From Podarcis bocagei (taxonomy: Eukaryota), in NCBI GenBank assembly GCA_964188305.1, contig OZ076885.1: 64,000 bases of DNA; one strand, 5' to 3'. The notes under the pieces were generated by a model. It searched no databases and was not told the origin of the DNA. It was given only the letters and a program-made list of their open reading frames with translations. Numbering within the stretch: the first letter of the stretch is position 1; each line of letters opens with the position of its first letter. Positions 60,925 to 64,000 of this stretch are shown here, piece after piece. The position numbers and the translations under genes were made by a program.

Positions 60925-61335
60925 ATTGAGTGCTGTAGGGCTCTCTCCTGGGCCCCACACTCTTCATAATATTAATCAATTACTTGGCAGAAGGGGTGGA
61001 GGGGAATCCTTAGCACATCTATGGAGGACATGGAAATGGGAGGGATCACTAACATCTCAGAAGACAGGAATAAAATTCAACATGATCTCAGTGGGTTGGA
61101 AACTAGGCGGATTAACACATGAAGTTCAACAGAGACCAATGCAAAATTCAAATGCACAGGTTTGGGTGGTGGGAATACCTAGGTTGGCATGGCAATAGTA
61201 TACGTGAGAAGGATTTTAGCATTGTGTTTGATCACAAGCTGACTATGTATGAGTCAGTGGTGTTAGATGACTGCAAAAACAGACTAATAAGATTTTTTTG
61301 CAGCATTACTAGAACCATGGTTTCCAAGTCACCAG
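60925..61335 (+). mobile_element. Degenerate CR1 LINE fragment in the SIGIRR 3' region
   Basis: LGPTL..ILIN and MKFNRDQCK...EKDF.IVFDHKL CR1-RT-like remnants. Confidence 0.55.
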
Positions 61336-64000
61336 AAGTGGAACTGTGGCAGTGGACCTGGTTACCTAGAGGGCAGGTGGTTTCCTGCTCTGGAAGTCTA
61401 CATGAAGAGGCTGGACCTGAATTGATATAGTCCACAATATGGGTATCTAACCTGAGTTCATGTGGGCCCCCACCTAACTTTGTCTCATCCCCCAACACCT
61501 CAGCACTTTGGTGGCAGCAGCAAGAAGAAACAAAATCAAAATTGACAGTGTTTGAACGCGACCAGCTGCATACCTGTGCATGCAGTGTGTGTGCATGTGC
61601 ATACCTGCAGGAGTTAAGGTTAGTCAAGAGTAAATGCAGCCTTTGGACCCAAAATGTTAGCCACTCCTCCTCTACAGTATCCCTTCCAACTCTTTGGTTT
61701 TATATCACTTCAGCACTGTAATTGTTGGGGAGGGGGGGAGTTCTGTTAATCCTGAAATGTGCAAGACTTTGTTAGTGCCTTATACTTTGATTATCTTTAG
61801 TTTGTATAACTACTCAGGATCAAGGGAAGTTGTTAGGAACGAATGACCCTATTGTATGTTCTTGGGTGAAGATCTTGCACTAGGTCACTATGCTGAGATC
61901 CCAACAACGTCTGTCAGGCTCCTTTGTTTTTGCTAACATCTCTGGATAGCCCTTTCTGTTTCAGAAATGGGCACTGATGACTGGCCAACATTAAGGTAAT
62001 AGAACAAAGGAAAATAACAGCAATTTGGCCTGGCACTGCTGAGACCCTGCTGTGGCTGGAAACGTATCAGTCAAAAGCAGTGTAATGGAGGCAATGTCTT
62101 GGACAAAACAGATTAGATTAGCCATTTGGTTTCCGAATGAAAATCACATTGACAGCTCCAGCCCTTGGGTAAGTAGCACTTTCTAAGAGCTTTACAGCCG
62201 ATCCTAGTCACATTTACTTGGAAAATTTGCCTTAAGTTAGTTACGGTAGTTTGTGAGTACAGCCTTAGCAATACATTGTTGCCACTAAGTGCAGATCAAT
62301 GCCTAGGATGGAAAGAGAAGGGCTATAATGTTGATGGAACATCTGCCTGAACTTCAAGAAAAGCATAGCTTTTGGGGGAGGCAGGATTTGAAAAGTAATG
62401 ACACTGAAAGTTCAGAATGAAAAGGTCAAGTTTTACTTACGTTCCAGCTAACATATTGCCACAGCAAGCCTTAGAAAAGGTTGGCACATGGTCCTTTGTC
62501 CTCTGCTTCTTTGTTTTCTTCTGGCAAAGCTCTGAGTAAGTCGCCCACCAAAAGGCCTAATTGCAATAATGGCACCTCAAAAAGTGTTTCTTAGGCTGTG
62601 TTTAGCTACTAATGTTGTTTGCTGCCTAAACAGTTCACTAGGCAGGTGTTCTTGCTTTAAAAACATTGTATGCACACCAGAAAGTGGCTAAATAAATAAA
62701 TATTTTAAGCTAGCTGTTTTGTGGCATAAGTAGTCACTGGGCTGTCAACTTCAGCCTCTAGAATCCGATGTCTTCACGTTAACTGGCATCTAAAGGGTTA
62801 AGCCTTGACTTGGGGAAAAACTGGAGCTTCTGCATATCAGGGTTGAGTTGTGTCAGGACTAAATGGGCACTACTAACTTGGTCCAGCAGCTAAAAACAAT
62901 GAAAATTGAATTGACATTCTCATGGTCTTTATACGCACCAAAATTTCTTCCCAACCATGAACACTAGCACTGTCTAGTCCATTGGTGCTTAATCTTGAGG
63001 CCAAACTGGAAATATCACTTTATCTGGATACAATTCCTCTGAATGTGCTAATGACTGTTGCCCCTCGCTTTCCTCCAGCCACAAAGAGGTCTAGCTTAGT
63101 GAACGTCTGCATGGGGACTCCTCTTGCTTCCAGTTCAGCTCTTTAGGTCACAGTGAAAGTGGTAGTTGTGTCCTGAGAAAAGAAATGCAATGCACCATAA
63201 GGCTGCTGATAACACTTTGTTTGCATGGCTCCTAAGTTACACAGATGAACAGGACTGCCCCGCATAGGTTGAAGGCTCATAAGCATTATCTACTGAAGGC
63301 ATTAGATGTATTCATGAACGTGTTTGGTCACGGAAGAAAGGCATACGCACTAGTCATATTTAATGGGATAGTAACTAGGAGACAGGAGGCAGCCTTATTC
63401 CTTTCAAAATCATTAGCTAGCAGGAGAGGAAACCTCTTCAGTTACACTCTAATCAGCATACGTCTGAAATACTGCTTTCATTTTTAAGGGCTTTTCTGAG
63501 GTTAGTTTTTAAAGGTTTTTTCATTTTGCTATATTTGTGCTAGTCCCAATTTAGTGCCAGAAGCATGATATTTTGTTTGCATGCAAAAAATAAAATAAAA
63601 TGGTATTTTTGAGGGCTGGGGATTTTGGTGTACGTTGCCTAATAATAATAATAATGCATTAGATAACTTAATGCTGTTAAAAGCATTAGTTACCAATGTG
63701 AAAGCTGGCAAAGAGGCGGCACTATTTCATAGTGTTTTTATAGTTATAAGTTGACAACAAAGCAAGTGTCAAAAGAATTTGAAGAGCATTTTCCTAAGAA
63801 CATTTTAAAAATCTAAAACTTAAATACATAAGAAGCAGGAAACCAGCCAATGAGGCAGTTGTATCTGTAGACAACTATGGAGTGGTAAGATTGCTAAAGA
63901 GGGGGAGAGAGAAATTCTAGAAAAGTATAATCCTTTGCATTGAACTAAACTACTTTTTTAGTTCATGCGGCGTAAGGTATGAGGGCTAAAATTAACAATC

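Noticed and set aside
61700-64000. PKP3 3' end expected from mammalian synteny
   Set aside because: No plakophilin coding sequence was recognised; this could be UTR or intergenic DNA but cannot be supported.

Overview
Vertebrate genomic DNA from a squamate, probably a lacertid lizard (Sauria-type SINEs, young L2, BovB, hAT and mariner MITEs). Two spliced genes lie on the + strand in the mammalian order: the last 16 coding exons of ANO9/TMEM16J (1008-20040, 5' part outside the window), then a complete SIGIRR/IL-1R8 (CDS 33223-60829). Two things stand out. (1) Two members of one non-autonomous hAT family (1694-2828 and 34427-35459) have 15-bp TIRs, perfect 8-bp TSDs and shared subterminal arms, but each carries a different ~0.8-0.9 kb CpG-island-like cargo. 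One cargo includes the start codon and nearly the whole docking/dimerisation domain of a PKA type II regulatory subunit (probably PRKAR2A exon 1). This looks like a Pack-MULE-style gene-capturing transposon family in a lizard. (2) This 'single-Ig' receptor appears to have a signal-peptide exon and an extra intact IL-1R D2-like Ig exon, i.e. a two-Ig (DIGIRR-like) architecture, with the mammalian start Met kept as an internal codon. All exon calls come from manual reading of splice sites and recalled homology. No database searches were run.
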